From an uncultured virus (IMG/VR IMGVR_UViG_3300045747_000172) (taxonomy: Duplodnaviria > Heunggongvirae > Uroviricota > Caudoviricetes): DNA of 64,000 nt. A program made the translations under genes and the position numbers. This document shows positions 8,835-18,508 of this stretch, piece after piece. Location: IMG/VR virus record IMGVR_UViG_3300045747_000172; one strand, written 5' to 3'. The notes beneath the pieces are model-generated. The model searched no databases and was not told the origin of the DNA. It worked only from the letters and a program-made list of their open reading frames with translations. How positions within the stretch are numbered: position 1 is the stretch's first letter; the number at the start of each line of letters is the position of its first letter.

Positions 8835-9221
8835 TTACCTCCGGCGGAGAATGACTGTGGGGGCAGAGGGTGCCGCGACGACCAACGGCTTGCGAATGCG
8901 CGGCTGATCGGGCTCGGGTGGTACGATCGGGGCAGCGACAGTCAACGCCCGCCTTGCGCGTGGCGTATTCGACCCTGACGAGGTCTTCGGCGGTATGCCC
9001 GTCCGAGCGAAGTCATCGAGCAGGCGGCTGATGTTCACGCTGAAGGGGTCATTGACCACCGGCGCGACCCAGGCGTCAACGCCGTCCCAGACGCCCACGA
9101 GGGCGAACTCTCCGGGAATGGCCCTCAACTCGACTTCGCGGCCCCGGTGGGGGTCAAACGCCTTGGTCAACAGGACGCAGGACTGCCAGCCCGTGTTCAT
9201 GTGGTTGTTGTAGCGGCTCAC
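8835..9221 (-). CDS. Hypothetical protein with Pro/Arg-rich tail
   Basis: 128 aa coupled ORF ending PRIRKPLVVAAP...RRR. Confidence 0.65.
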   Translation of the reverse strand: MSRYNNHMNTGWQSCVLLTKAFDPHRGREVELRAIPGEFALVGVWDGVDAWVAPVVNDPFSVNISRLLDDFARTGIPPKTSSGSNTPRARRALTVAAPIVPPEPDQPRIRKPLVVAAPSAPTVILRRR

Positions 9222-10240
9222 TTGAGTTCCTTTGCTAGTTGTTGTGCCCAGGCCGTAGCCTGGCGGGGGCTCATCTCGGCGGCATCCTTGAGCCCGTAGG
9301 GGACCGGGATGATAGCCGAATTCTTGATCCTGGCGAACTGAGTGCGCATCCTCATGGAGTCCACGATGCCGAGTTCGCTGGCCATGTCCATCATGATCAG
9401 GACCTGGTCAAACTCGCTCGCCATCTCCTCCAGCAGGTAACACTGGGCGTCACTCGCACTGTTGGTGCTGAGGGCCACAGCGCGGACCTTAGCGTCTCGA
9501 CCGAACACGTCGATCTTGAGTGCGTCAATCGGCCCTTCGCAGACCACCAGTGCCACTCCGCCATCTGCTCGGCAATCGAGGTTGAACAGGGTCTCCTTAA
9601 TGGGGACGATGCAGTCCTCCCGTTCCAAGTCTCGATAGCGGACACTAGACTTGCCGATGGCTCGGCCAGTCCACGCCACCAGTTCACCATCCGCCCAGTA
9701 GGGGAGAATGATGCGACTACGAAATGGTCCACGGTAGGTGAACTGAAGTCCATGCCAATCAATCGCATCTCGAGTGCCGGCAGATCCAAATCCTCGGGTG
9801 TCACGGAGGTAGTCGTAGAAGATTGGGGGTGCGTCATGGAGGCTCCTGAAGTCGGGGTCAAACGCCAGGAACTCCCGGCGAACGTGCTCTGGCTTGGTCA
9901 GCCCGTCCCTGCCCATGACGCGGGCTGCCACCGCGTCGAAGCCGTCGGGGTCAAGCCACTGGTCCTCGGTCAGGCCAGCGATCTGGCGGGCCTTCCAGTA
10001 GGGGATGCCGAGCAGTTGGACCAGCAGGCGGAGTGGGGACTTGCCCCGGTGCTCGTTGTTCCGCCAGCAGGCCCAGAAGCCGCTCTCAAGGTTCATGCCC
10101 AGGTGGTAGCTGGGGTCTGCGGTGCCGCAGAAGGGGCAGCGGATGTTGATCTCGTTCCGCTTGACGTTCGCCCCCTTCTCGATGAAGGGGACGCCGTGCT
10201 CACTCAGCACCTGGCGCCAGTCGAGTACCGAGTGACTCAT
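9218..10240 (-). CDS. DNA primase (zinc finger + TOPRIM)
   Basis: CPFC...H...CW zinc finger, RIILP, GRAI and VVCEGPIDALK. Confidence 0.9.
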   Translation of the reverse strand: MSHSVLDWRQVLSEHGVPFIEKGANVKRNEINIRCPFCGTADPSYHLGMNLESGFWACWRNNEHRGKSPLRLLVQLLGIPYWKARQIAGLTEDQWLDPDGFDAVAARVMGRDGLTKPEHVRREFLAFDPDFRSLHDAPPIFYDYLRDTRGFGSAGTRDAIDWHGLQFTYRGPFRSRIILPYWADGELVAWTGRAIGKSSVRYRDLEREDCIVPIKETLFNLDCRADGGVALVVCEGPIDALKIDVFGRDAKVRAVALSTNSASDAQCYLLEEMASEFDQVLIMMDMASELGIVDSMRMRTQFARIKNSAIIPVPYGLKDAAEMSPRQATAWAQQLAKELK

Positions 10241-10464
10241 GGCACGAGCCGAGCGTAGCCCAGCTGAAACCACCTCCAGTCCCGGGCAATTGCCGGGTTG
10301 ACATAGGTGCCCTTGCGGGAACGCTTGAGGTGGTAGGAGTCCCGGTCACCGACCAGCTGCTCGAACACCACGCGAGCTTTCTCGGTCTCGGTGATGGTCA
10401 GCAGCCTATCCCGGATGCCATTGATGGTGATCCAGGGGACGCCATTGATCTGGGTCACGTTCAT
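10237..10464 (-). CDS. Hypothetical protein
   Basis: 75 aa ORF with ATGA coupling on both sides. Confidence 0.6.
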   Translation of the reverse strand: MNVTQINGVPWITINGIRDRLLTITETEKARVVFEQLVGDRDSYHLKRSRKGTYVNPAIARDWRWFQLGYARLVP

Positions 10465-11060
10465 GGGCGGGTCCAGACGTCGTTGAGCAGGATCTGGCGC
10501 TTGACCTCGGCCACGTTGCTCTTGGGATCAGGGTCCTCACGGATGTCCTGGCGGCTGAGGCATTGGACTGGCCAGACGATGACATCCCCTGGCTTGCCAG
10601 TGATCGAGTACAAGCGGACTGCCGCGGCGCTGAGTGCCCAGTTGACGTTCACGATGACCACCGCATTCATGCCCCAGGCACGGGAGTAGACCAGGTCCCC
10701 CTCCTTGAGGCTGTAGTCGGTGCCGTCGTTGTCGTCCTCGGAGTTCTGGATCCGGCCCGTCTCCTCGAGCTCCTTCCGCTTGAGCACGTTGTCCGGGGGA
10801 CGGTGGACGTACACGCCTTGCCCGGTATCCGCCGCATCGCGGCGCTTGGTGTCGGCGTCAGTGGTGAGGCACCAGCCCTGGAGCGACCAGCCAGCTGCGG
10901 CCGGAGGGGCCGCAGGGTGGAGTGCGATGGTGCGCGGAGTGAGTTCCTCCCACTCGCACTCGAAGTAGAGGTGGCAGGCGTTCTTCCACTCGTAGAGGGC
11001 CTTGCGGCCCTTTGCACGGTCGAGACGGCGGTTGAAGCCGGCGTTGATGGTGACGCTCAT
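10461..11060 (-). CDS. Hypothetical protein
   Basis: 199 aa ORF with coupled start and stop. Confidence 0.6.
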   Translation of the reverse strand: MSVTINAGFNRRLDRAKGRKALYEWKNACHLYFECEWEELTPRTIALHPAAPPAAAGWSLQGWCLTTDADTKRRDAADTGQGVYVHRPPDNVLKRKELEETGRIQNSEDDNDGTDYSLKEGDLVYSRAWGMNAVVIVNVNWALSAAAVRLYSITGKPGDVIVWPVQCLSRQDIREDPDPKSNVAEVKRQILLNDVWTRP

Positions 11061-11260
11061 TGGCCGTCCTCCACTGCGTAGTCGGGGCAGCCATCCACTT
11101 CCATCCTCGAGGCGGCCTGGCGCAGGGCGTCAGCGGCGTTGGCGTGGAAGGTCTCGATGGACTTGAACGCGGCCGAGTCACTGTGGTGGTTGCCGACGAA
11201 CACCCAGGCGCGGATGGTCTCGATGTTGAGGGGCGTGATGGACTGGAGGTGGTTGGACAT
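11057..11260 (-). CDS. Hypothetical protein
   Basis: GAGG RBS, then MSNHLQSITP... Confidence 0.6.
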   Translation of the reverse strand: MSNHLQSITPLNIETIRAWVFVGNHHSDSAAFKSIETFHANAADALRQAASRMEVDGCPDYAVEDGQ

Positions 11261-11270
11261 GGTGGTTTCC

Positions 11271-11483
11271 TCAGGCTTGGCCGTTGCGAACAGTTTGCAG
11301 GTCGTCCTCGGGGGAGCTGACGTCGACATTTTCCTCAGCGTCAGCGACAGGCACGGCGCCCCGGTAATCGGCACCGTCACCGATGGCGGCGCAAGCATCG
11401 GCATGGGCTTGGCAGGCCTCAGGTGAGTCGAACGGGCCGGTGTAGTGCAGAGTGCAGTCGAAGAAGGCGGCGTAGAAGGACAT
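11271..11483 (-). CDS. Small acidic hypothetical protein
   Basis: CAGGAG RBS; MSFYAAFF...; first gene after the promoter at 11519-11547. Confidence 0.65.
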   Translation of the reverse strand: MSFYAAFFDCTLHYTGPFDSPEACQAHADACAAIGDGADYRGAVPVADAEENVDVSSPEDDLQTVRNGQA

Positions 11484-11518
11484 ATTGGTCTCCTGTGAAT
11501 GCCATGGCGGCACTCCGC

Positions 11519-11547
11519 ATGCTAGACAGTTTGTCTCATTCTGTCAA
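11519..11547 (-). promoter_or_regulatory. Sigma70-type promoter
   Basis: TTGACA-N17-TAGCAT on the minus strand. Confidence 0.75.
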
Positions 11548-13109
11548 GCCCCGAGCAAGCTACGCTGGATGCGCCTGCCGTTGAGGATGGTATTGAACAG
11601 GTCCTCACCCTCCGCGATGCTGTCGAGGATGCCCTGGTCGGTGCTGCGCCTCAGCACTAGGTCTACGACGAACGCACGCTCCCGCTGCCCCGGCCTGTGG
11701 ATGCGCTTGACCACCTGCTTGCGCGTGTCGGGAGGTGTAGGCCCCTCGTAGATGAACATGTACCGGCTGACCTTCTGTAGCCCGTCATTGCCCGTGCCGC
11801 CGGTCTCAGTGTTCATGACGATCGCCTGGCACGCTGGATCCCTGAGGAACGAGTCCCGCACGCCGGCCTTGTCCTTGGTGCCACCGTACAGCCACACCGC
11901 CTTGATCTTCATCGCAGCCAGCTTGTCCATGAGCATGCGGCCGGTCTCCTGGTAGTAGTGCACGATGATGACCTTCTTGTCACCCACCTCGTTCAGGCAC
12001 GCCTCGAGCAGGTCCAGCTTCGGGTTCTCCTTGAAGCGTACCAGGTGGTCTCCGTGCTCGTCCTTCCAGACCAGGTACCCGCTCGAAATCTGCCTCATGC
12101 GGATCCAGGGTGCCTCCATGGCCTGCGCATCCCCGGTGCCCTGGACACTGAGGAGACCGTCCACAGCCCTGAGGTAGTGCTCCCTCTGCTCCTCACTCAT
12201 GTCACACTTCCTGACCAGAGGCACGAGCTTGGGCAGGTCGATCTCCGGGACTTCGTCCTCGTCGTAGCGGATGCTCCGGTGTTGCATCATCCGGTGGAGC
12301 TCAGGGGCAGTACGCTTGTTGAACACCCACGCCTTGCCGAATGCCTCGGTGCTCAGCCCGAAGAAGCTCTCCCGGAACAGGCCGAGGTTCTCGCCGAAGG
12401 TCTCGCCGCGGTCCACCAGGTAGAACTGACTCCACATGGCTTCAGGGTCCTTGCTGAACGGCGTGCCTGTGTTCGCGTAGACGAAGTCCGCCGCGTGGGT
12501 GATCTCACGCATCATGGCGAACCAGAGGTTCTGGTGGTTGCGCAGCTTGTGGCTCTCGTCCATGTCCACGAAGCCGTACAGCTTGCGGACAATGCGGAGG
12601 CGCTTCTCGTTGAGCACCATCTTGCCCTTGACCTTCTCGCACAGTGCCAGGGTCAGCCCGTGGTAGTCGATGATGGTGACGTCACCCTCGGGGTCCGCGA
12701 GGCGCTCCCACTTCTCTTGGGTGTTCTGCACGGCGCAGGTCCAGGGCTCGAGGTCGCTGTGCACGACCAGGTCCTCCTCCCACGACGCCATGTTGACCAC
12801 GTTCGGCACCGTGATGAGTGCCCTGCGCCTCAGCGTCTTGTCGCGCAGTCGGTGCATGATCAGGTCCGCAACGATCTTGGACTTGCCGAGTCCCATGTCC
12901 AGGAGGAAGAGGAACTCCGGGTGACACAGTCCAATGTAGAAGCAGACCAGCTGGTGCAGCCATGGGACGGTCTTGAACCGAGGCTTGACGCTGAAGCGGT
13001 CAAGCTCTGCCATGATCGTGCGGCGTGACAGGTCCTTCATCCACAGGAAGGAGTCACGCGGCCGATCTAGGTACTCATAGAGGGCGACGCGGCTGATGGT
13101 CATTGACAC
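11544..13109 (-). CDS. SNF2-family helicase/ATPase
   Basis: LDMGLGKS, MDESH, NTGTP, RMRQISSG, GGTGNDGLQ and RIHRPGQ. Confidence 0.92.
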   Translation of the reverse strand: MSMTISRVALYEYLDRPRDSFLWMKDLSRRTIMAELDRFSVKPRFKTVPWLHQLVCFYIGLCHPEFLFLLDMGLGKSKIVADLIMHRLRDKTLRRRALITVPNVVNMASWEEDLVVHSDLEPWTCAVQNTQEKWERLADPEGDVTIIDYHGLTLALCEKVKGKMVLNEKRLRIVRKLYGFVDMDESHKLRNHQNLWFAMMREITHAADFVYANTGTPFSKDPEAMWSQFYLVDRGETFGENLGLFRESFFGLSTEAFGKAWVFNKRTAPELHRMMQHRSIRYDEDEVPEIDLPKLVPLVRKCDMSEEQREHYLRAVDGLLSVQGTGDAQAMEAPWIRMRQISSGYLVWKDEHGDHLVRFKENPKLDLLEACLNEVGDKKVIIVHYYQETGRMLMDKLAAMKIKAVWLYGGTKDKAGVRDSFLRDPACQAIVMNTETGGTGNDGLQKVSRYMFIYEGPTPPDTRKQVVKRIHRPGQRERAFVVDLVLRRSTDQGILDSIAEGEDLFNTILNGRRIQRSLLGA

Positions 13110-13365
13110 GGCCCTGGAGAATAAGCTTGTAGAGCACCTCGGTGCTGTCGTCGATCGAGACCCCTGCCATTGGGTAGTACCAGAAGCCGTGGCCGGGCTT
13201 CGTGTACCACCACATCTTCATGTACATGACATCGGTGACATAGTGGTCCGTGACGATCTCGTACGGCGCCGGGCACACGATGTGAATCCAGGTCGGCAGC
13301 AGCGTCACGGCCGGTTCAGGTACAGGCTTGCCGTGGCAAGGGCCAAGGATGAAGAGTGGGTCCAT
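13075..13365 (-). CDS. Hypothetical protein
   Basis: GGAGG RBS; MDPLFILGPCHG... Confidence 0.5.
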   Translation of the reverse strand: MDPLFILGPCHGKPVPEPAVTLLPTWIHIVCPAPYEIVTDHYVTDVMYMKMWWYTKPGHGFWYYPMAGVSIDDSTEVLYKLILQGRVNDHQPRRPL

Positions 13366-13366
13366 G

Positions 13367-14791
13367 TCATTCCTCCTGCGCACGTCCGCGCTTCTCGAGG
13401 TATTCCCAGTAGCTGCCGTTGCCCAGGTGTGCGCTGTCGAGTGCGAACTGCCCCATGGCGTAGGACTGCGTGATCAGGCTGACGAACTGCCCCTCCTCGC
13501 CCCGCACCGCCGCGGCAAACAGCCGCGCCAGCCCCAGCTTGTGCTCTGCTGGCGTCTGGCTGTAGGTGAGCACCGTGTCAGCGGTGGCGATCTTCGAGTA
13601 GTCCTCTGCCGCGTGTGTCGCCTCGACCTGGCGGGCCTGGGCGCCGGTGCGGTTGGCCTGGGAGGCGATGGCCATGGACAGGTTGCGCCTCACGGCAACG
13701 CCGCGCAGTCCCTTGACCACCTGACCGATGCTCACGCGCAGGTCTGTTCCCTCCAGGTACATCAGGTCTGGGTAGTCGATGATCAAGACATCCGGGATGA
13801 TCTTGTGGAACCGCTCCAGGCCGTCGAGGTACGCCTCCAGCTGCGTGATCGTGAGGCTACTGGTGGGGAACTCCTTGATGATCAACGGCTTGTGGCGGCG
13901 GAACTCCCGGTCAATCTTGCTCCGCAGCAGCGACTTGATGTTCGGGTCACGCATCGTGGCACGCATGACCCGGTCGTAGAACACGTCGGTCATGCTGCCC
14001 CGGTCGTCCTTCTTCATCGTGGGCAGCATCAGTTCCGCGTCCCGGGAACTGATGGCGAAGAAGGACTGGAGGTACCGCTGGGTGGTCATCTCCTCACTCA
14101 TCTCCAGAGTGATGTGCACCACGCATTGCCTCTGCAACAGGGCTAACTTGCCCAGATGGATGAGTGCCCAGGACTTGCCCGCCTTCGCTGGCGCCATGAT
14201 CACGAACTGGGTCTTACGGCGTAGACCCACACCGCGCCGGTCGAGCTCCTCGATGCCGGTGAGGAGCACGTCATCCCTGTGGTCGAGGAACCGCAGTGTG
14301 TTGTCGTCACTGCCGACTACCGTGCCCACCTCAAAGGACATGACCTGCGTGTTCAGGCCCTTCTGGAGCTCGACCTCCGCCGCGTCAATGCGGCCATCCT
14401 CGATCGCCTCCACCGCTCGGATCACCGCCGTCTTGAGGTTCTGCTGGCGTACAAAGCGGTGTAGCTGGCTGACCACGTACTCGACCTTGACGTCCTCCTT
14501 CTCCTGCTCCATCTGGACGAGCAGCCGCCTGAAGCTCGCGGCACGCCGTGGCTCCTTCTCGTCGGTGAGGATCACCTCGAGGCTGTCCACGATGTGCGCC
14601 TTGGGTGCCTCGTGGAACTGGTCGATGTAGTCGATGGCATGTTCCGCAATGGTGCGGAACACGGCACTCTCGAACAGGCGCGGCGTGACCGCGCTGCGGA
14701 TGATCTTGCACCCGTCGTCGCTGTGCACGAGCAGCGTCAGGATGTTCTCCTGGAGCGCGCCTGACAGCTTCTCCTCCTCTTTGGCGTTCAC
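13367..14791 (-). CDS. DnaB-like replicative helicase
   Basis: APAKAGKS (Walker A), HITLEMS, IIDYPDLM, ASQANR and AEDYSK. Confidence 0.92.
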   Translation of the reverse strand: MNAKEEEKLSGALQENILTLLVHSDDGCKIIRSAVTPRLFESAVFRTIAEHAIDYIDQFHEAPKAHIVDSLEVILTDEKEPRRAASFRRLLVQMEQEKEDVKVEYVVSQLHRFVRQQNLKTAVIRAVEAIEDGRIDAAEVELQKGLNTQVMSFEVGTVVGSDDNTLRFLDHRDDVLLTGIEELDRRGVGLRRKTQFVIMAPAKAGKSWALIHLGKLALLQRQCVVHITLEMSEEMTTQRYLQSFFAISSRDAELMLPTMKKDDRGSMTDVFYDRVMRATMRDPNIKSLLRSKIDREFRRHKPLIIKEFPTSSLTITQLEAYLDGLERFHKIIPDVLIIDYPDLMYLEGTDLRVSIGQVVKGLRGVAVRRNLSMAIASQANRTGAQARQVEATHAAEDYSKIATADTVLTYSQTPAEHKLGLARLFAAAVRGEEGQFVSLITQSYAMGQFALDSAHLGNGSYWEYLEKRGRAQEE

Positions 14792-15039
14792 GGGTAGACC
14801 CTCACTTGTCCTTGGCAGTTGAATCCCGGGTGCTGCGGCTTCATGCGGGCGTTGAGGTCTGCCGCGAAGTCGTGGGCCTTGCGTGCGTCGGCAGACCGCC
14901 TCATGTCCTTGCCGACACGGTGCGTGTCAGGAGGCAGGATGACACCATCGACGCGGTCACGCCAGGCAACACGGTAGAACCTGAGACCACTGTCCCAGCG
15001 GTGCAGGAAGATGTGGGGGAAGTAGCGGCTGCTGCTCAT
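14788..15039 (-). CDS. Hypothetical protein
   Basis: 83 aa coupled ORF. Confidence 0.55.
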   Translation of the reverse strand: MSSSRYFPHIFLHRWDSGLRFYRVAWRDRVDGVILPPDTHRVGKDMRRSADARKAHDFAADLNARMKPQHPGFNCQGQVRVYP

Positions 15040-15878
15040 GGGCAGATCCTCTCGAAGGCGTTGAGCATGGGGTTGGTCACGGTGATGTCGTACTTGACCA
15101 TGAAGCGGTAGAGCGTCCGTGCGTCGAACCGCCGGGTGGGTCCAGGCAGCTCGAGGTCACGCGGAAAGCCCTCGTACGGCAACGCGATCAGCCGCTTGTT
15201 GCGGTCGATCATGGCGCCGTGACGCTCCCGATACATACGCAGCGCGCTGGCGTTCTTGACCGCCGCGCAGGCGGTCTTGATGCCCACCTTGGGTATGCCC
15301 TCCACGTCATTGTGCGTACCCATGAGTGCAGTGGCGAGGCTGAACTCCGCGGGACTGAGCCCCGTATCCTCGAGCAGCCGCTGCCGGTTGATGATGTCGT
15401 GCTCGTCCTTGCGGTACACGCGGAAGGTGTCGTACTCGAGCAGCTGGAACAGGTCACTGTCGTTACTGGCAGCGTAGATCAGGTCAAAGCGGTGCCGGTG
15501 CCGGCCAGCGTAGTGGGCGATCACGTCATCGCTCTCGTAGCCCGGTACACCCACCACGGGAATACCAATGACCGCCAGCGTCTCCATGATCTGCGGCTTG
15601 CTCACCTCGACCTTCGCCTTGAGCTTCTCGTCCATGGTGCTCTTGCGAATGAGCTTGTACTCCGGGTACAGCTTACTGCGGTGGTACGGCTTGCGGTCCT
15701 CGGTGACCACCACGTGCGTTGCACCACTGTCGTTGATGATCTTCGCCACCATGACCAGGAAGCCGTACAGCCCTCCAGTGAAGACCCCATCGGCGTTGGT
15801 GAGGTCCTGGTGGCTACTGGCAGCCCGGTACGTCTGGTACGACAGGTCAACGGCGAGGAGGATTCTTCTTGGGCGCAT
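15036..15878 (-). CDS. 5'-3' exonuclease / flap endonuclease
   Basis: LAVDLS, YPEYK, YESDDVIA, SNDSDLFQL and the H3TH segment GIPKVGIKTA. Start codon uncertain (15878 or 15917). Confidence 0.92.
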   Translation of the reverse strand: MRPRRILLAVDLSYQTYRAASSHQDLTNADGVFTGGLYGFLVMVAKIINDSGATHVVVTEDRKPYHRSKLYPEYKLIRKSTMDEKLKAKVEVSKPQIMETLAVIGIPVVGVPGYESDDVIAHYAGRHRHRFDLIYAASNDSDLFQLLEYDTFRVYRKDEHDIINRQRLLEDTGLSPAEFSLATALMGTHNDVEGIPKVGIKTACAAVKNASALRMYRERHGAMIDRNKRLIALPYEGFPRDLELPGPTRRFDARTLYRFMVKYDITVTNPMLNAFERICP

Positions 15879-16023
15879 TCTTGATAAGCTGCTTGGCAGC
15901 CTCCTCGTAGTTCTCACGGCAGCCCCAGCACATGAACCGGCCGCCGTACTGAGTCATCGCGGGCTTGCCGCAGGGTGCAGGGCGATCCATGGGGTGCCCG
16001 CGCTCGTTGCACACCTTGCTCAC
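15847..16023 (-). CDS. Small putative zinc-binding protein (58 aa, below the ORF track cutoff)
   Basis: GTG overlaps the queE stop: MSKVCNERGHPMDRPAPCGKPAMTQYGGRFMCWGCRENY...PPRR. Confidence 0.5.
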   Translation of the reverse strand: MSKVCNERGHPMDRPAPCGKPAMTQYGGRFMCWGCRENYEEAAKQLIKNAPKKNPPRR

Positions 16024-16832
16024 GGCAGACCCACCAGCTTGTGCATCTGGAGCGTCAGGCGGTAGCCGTGCCGCAGTGCAATCTCGGCAGCGGTGCGCGT
16101 GTTGCGCTGCCAGATGTCCGCGAGGGTGAGGCTGCCATTCACACCCAGTACCATGCCCGGGACAGGCTTGCCCGGATCCATGGGACTGACCCAGATGGTG
16201 ATGTTACGCATCTTGAAGTCACTGTCATGCCAGGGCCGGTACAGCTCGTGATGCACGTGCTCGTTGCCGTGCTGAGTGCCGCCCACCGGCAGACCGTCGG
16301 ACTTGGCTACACGGTCCGCGTCGATGACGTACTTGTAGTGGTCGCAGTAGCGTGCCACCATCGGGTGGATCTTGGGCGTCTTGGGACTGCACACGAGCAC
16401 CACCCTGGGGTCCTCGTGATGGGGCCGGGCAAGGTAGTGCTCGAGGTCGGGCTCCCACAGTGTGCCTGCCGTCTCGATCTGCACCACCTTCACGCCCGCG
16501 TTGAACAGGGCTGCGATGGTTGGAATCACGGACTGCCGCAGAGGCTCGCCGCCGGTGAGCACCACCACCTTCATCGCCTCGGCAGGGTACTTGCAGACCT
16601 GGGAGACGAGATGCACGTGCGCCACCACCTCCGACGGTGTGTAGCGTTGCCCGATGTTCGTCTCGAAGTCGGTGTCGCAGAACGTGCAGGCGAGATTGCA
16701 CCCTGCCAGCCTGACGAACGGGGCAACGTGACCTGCGAACGGACCCTCGCCCTGGAGGGTGTAGAAGATCTCCTGCACGGCGACACTGGCAGGGTCGCGC
16801 TCCACTTCACGGATGGGGTTCTTGCCGAACAT
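16020..16832 (-). CDS. queE: 7-carboxy-7-deazaguanine synthase (radical SAM)
   Basis: EIFYTLQGEG, RLAGCNLACTFCDT, TGGEPL, IETAGT and C-terminal QMHK. Confidence 0.93.
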   Translation of the reverse strand: MFGKNPIREVERDPASVAVQEIFYTLQGEGPFAGHVAPFVRLAGCNLACTFCDTDFETNIGQRYTPSEVVAHVHLVSQVCKYPAEAMKVVVLTGGEPLRQSVIPTIAALFNAGVKVVQIETAGTLWEPDLEHYLARPHHEDPRVVLVCSPKTPKIHPMVARYCDHYKYVIDADRVAKSDGLPVGGTQHGNEHVHHELYRPWHDSDFKMRNITIWVSPMDPGKPVPGMVLGVNGSLTLADIWQRNTRTAAEIALRHGYRLTLQMHKLVGLP

Positions 16833-16860
16833 AATGGCTCCTGTTGCCGGGTTGATGGTG

Positions 16861-16913
16861 CGCCAATTATACGAGGCCCTGGTGATATCTAGAAGGGATG
16901 CCTATAATTGGCG
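16861..16913. promoter_or_regulatory. Back-to-back divergent promoters forming an inverted repeat
   Basis: CGCCAATTATA (16861-71) and TATAATTGGCG (16903-13) lie at the point where the coding strand switches. Confidence 0.7.
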
Positions 16914-16953
16914 TGCCATTCTCATCAACCCTCTCTCGAAAGGAGACTCCTAA

Positions 16954-17331
16954 ATGGCCACCTCGAAGACTCCCCTGCTGACCATCCGCCAAGTCATGGC
17001 GGGCTTTGCGATCAGCGACATGACCGTGTACACGTACCGCCAGGGCACGGCCACGAAGGACCCCATGCCCAGCCACAAGGACGGCGCCCGCGTCGGCTTC
17101 AAGGAGGCCGAGCTGGTTAAGTGGGGCAAGAAGTACGACCTCGCGTGGGACGCGGCCGCGGCGGCGAAGGCACTCCACGTGCCCGCGACCGTGGCGGCGA
17201 AGAAGTCCCTGCCCAAGCCCGCGGCCAAGAAGACCGCCGCGAAGAAGGCTGCGCCGGCCAAGAAGGTCTCGGCGAAGGTGGTTCCGTTGAAGCCCAAGGC
17301 GCAGCCGGCACAAGCCGCTGCGGCCGGTTAA
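16954..17331 (+). CDS. DNA-binding protein: HTH-like N-terminus plus Lys/Ala histone H1-like tail
   Basis: LLTIRQVMAGFAISDMTVYTYR; KPAAKKTAAKKAAPAKK; AAGGAG RBS. Confidence 0.75.
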   Translation: MATSKTPLLTIRQVMAGFAISDMTVYTYRQGTATKDPMPSHKDGARVGFKEAELVKWGKKYDLAWDAAAAAKALHVPATVAAKKSLPKPAAKKTAAKKAAPAKKVSAKVVPLKPKAQPAQAAAAG

Positions 17332-17359
17332 CGCCTACTGAGGCGAGGAGGTACTGCTC

Positions 17360-18013
17360 ATGGTTGCCAAGCGCGTCATCGTTGCCCGACCGATTCACCG
17401 TCGGCCGGTAACTGACCACGGCAGTACCTCCACCAACACCACCGCATCGCATGCGAGCGCACGCGAGCGCGAAGTACATCCCCCTTTAGGGGGTGTACGC
17501 CGCGTGAGCATGGGCGTGAGTGCACGCGAGCGCGACCCCGAGGAGATCCTCAAGGGACTCGACAGCACGGCGAAGAAGGAACTACTCGACCGGCTACTCC
17601 TCGAACAGCAGATGAACCCCGACCGCGGGCAAGACCGTGACAAGGATATGTGGGCGGCTGCCGTTTACAGGGAGCTATCTCGCATCGGTGGGGGTGCCGA
17701 TGGTGGGTTGATGCCTCAGGGTGTCATACGCAAGGCGGTGGCGGTTGGTACGTCTTGGCAGCATGTCGAGAGCTTCATGAAGAACAGCCGCCTGGCGGAG
17801 ATGACTGTCACGGAGAAGCAGGCAGTGTACTACCTGCTCGCCCAGTTGCTGGTTGAGCATGCACGGTACGTCGCACGCAACAGCGGCGCACCGCTTGGTG
17901 TCAAACTGGTGACTCAGTGCACTGGCAACCTCGCCGGTGTGTTCGAGAACGCCTTCCCCGGGTACCTCGAGGCTGGACTAGCCCGAGTGGTCGCCCGTGC
18001 CCGACTGGAGTGA
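17360..18013 (+). CDS. Hypothetical protein
   Basis: 217 aa; GAGGAGG RBS. Confidence 0.7.
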   Translation: MVAKRVIVARPIHRRPVTDHGSTSTNTTASHASAREREVHPPLGGVRRVSMGVSARERDPEEILKGLDSTAKKELLDRLLLEQQMNPDRGQDRDKDMWAAAVYRELSRIGGGADGGLMPQGVIRKAVAVGTSWQHVESFMKNSRLAEMTVTEKQAVYYLLAQLLVEHARYVARNSGAPLGVKLVTQCTGNLAGVFENAFPGYLEAGLARVVARARLE

Positions 18014-18016
18014 CTC

Positions 18017-18229
18017 ATGTCGAAGTATTACACGGACGAGATGCGGGCGTGGCTGGGCGGCTACACGCCCACGATCGCTGACGAGATGACGAAGCCAAAG
18101 GCCGGCGTGCCCCAGGACCCTGTACGCCGGGAGGAGGTGAAGATCGCCGCCTCGAAGCGTGCGAGCGAGTCCTGCGGCTTCAACCCACGCTCGAAACCGC
18201 TGGGGTGGCAGATCAAGGACAAGCGGTGA
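18017..18229 (+). CDS. Hypothetical protein
   Basis: 70 aa; GGAG RBS. Confidence 0.6.
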   Translation: MSKYYTDEMRAWLGGYTPTIADEMTKPKAGVPQDPVRREEVKIAASKRASESCGFNPRSKPLGWQIKDKR

Positions 18230-18447
18230 GCGTGCAGCGCCACCTCCCGAAGCGCATCCCCACCCTGAGGACCAGCACCGTCTGGCCCTTCCTCTACACC
18301 TGCACTTCGCGGGGTATCAAGCAGGTGGTTTTTGACGCGGATGCGCCGTTGATGGAACACCCACCGGCGAGTGCATCACCTGCTCGTGTTCGACGCCAGC
18401 TTGAAGTTCCCACCGGGATACGCCGTAGACCGACGAACGGGGGTTGA
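18226..18447 (+). CDS. Hypothetical protein
   Basis: GTGA coupling to the previous gene; Arg-rich tail. Confidence 0.45.
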   Translation: MSVQRHLPKRIPTLRTSTVWPFLYTCTSRGIKQVVFDADAPLMEHPPASASPARVRRQLEVPTGIRRRPTNGG

Positions 18448-18472
18448 CATCTTTCTATCTTCTGTCTAGGAT
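18444..18472 (+). promoter_or_regulatory. Sigma70-type early promoter
   Basis: TTGACA-N17-TAGGAT. Confidence 0.8.
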
Positions 18473-18508
18473 AGGGCTTCGCCCGTTCACCTCACACAGG
18501 AGATACCG

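Noticed and set aside
4253..11560. Clamp-binding motifs at the C-termini of DpdA (RTHLF) and the SNF2 helicase (QRSLL)
   Set aside because: These are only loose matches to QxxL[FL] and too short to support without homologue conservation.
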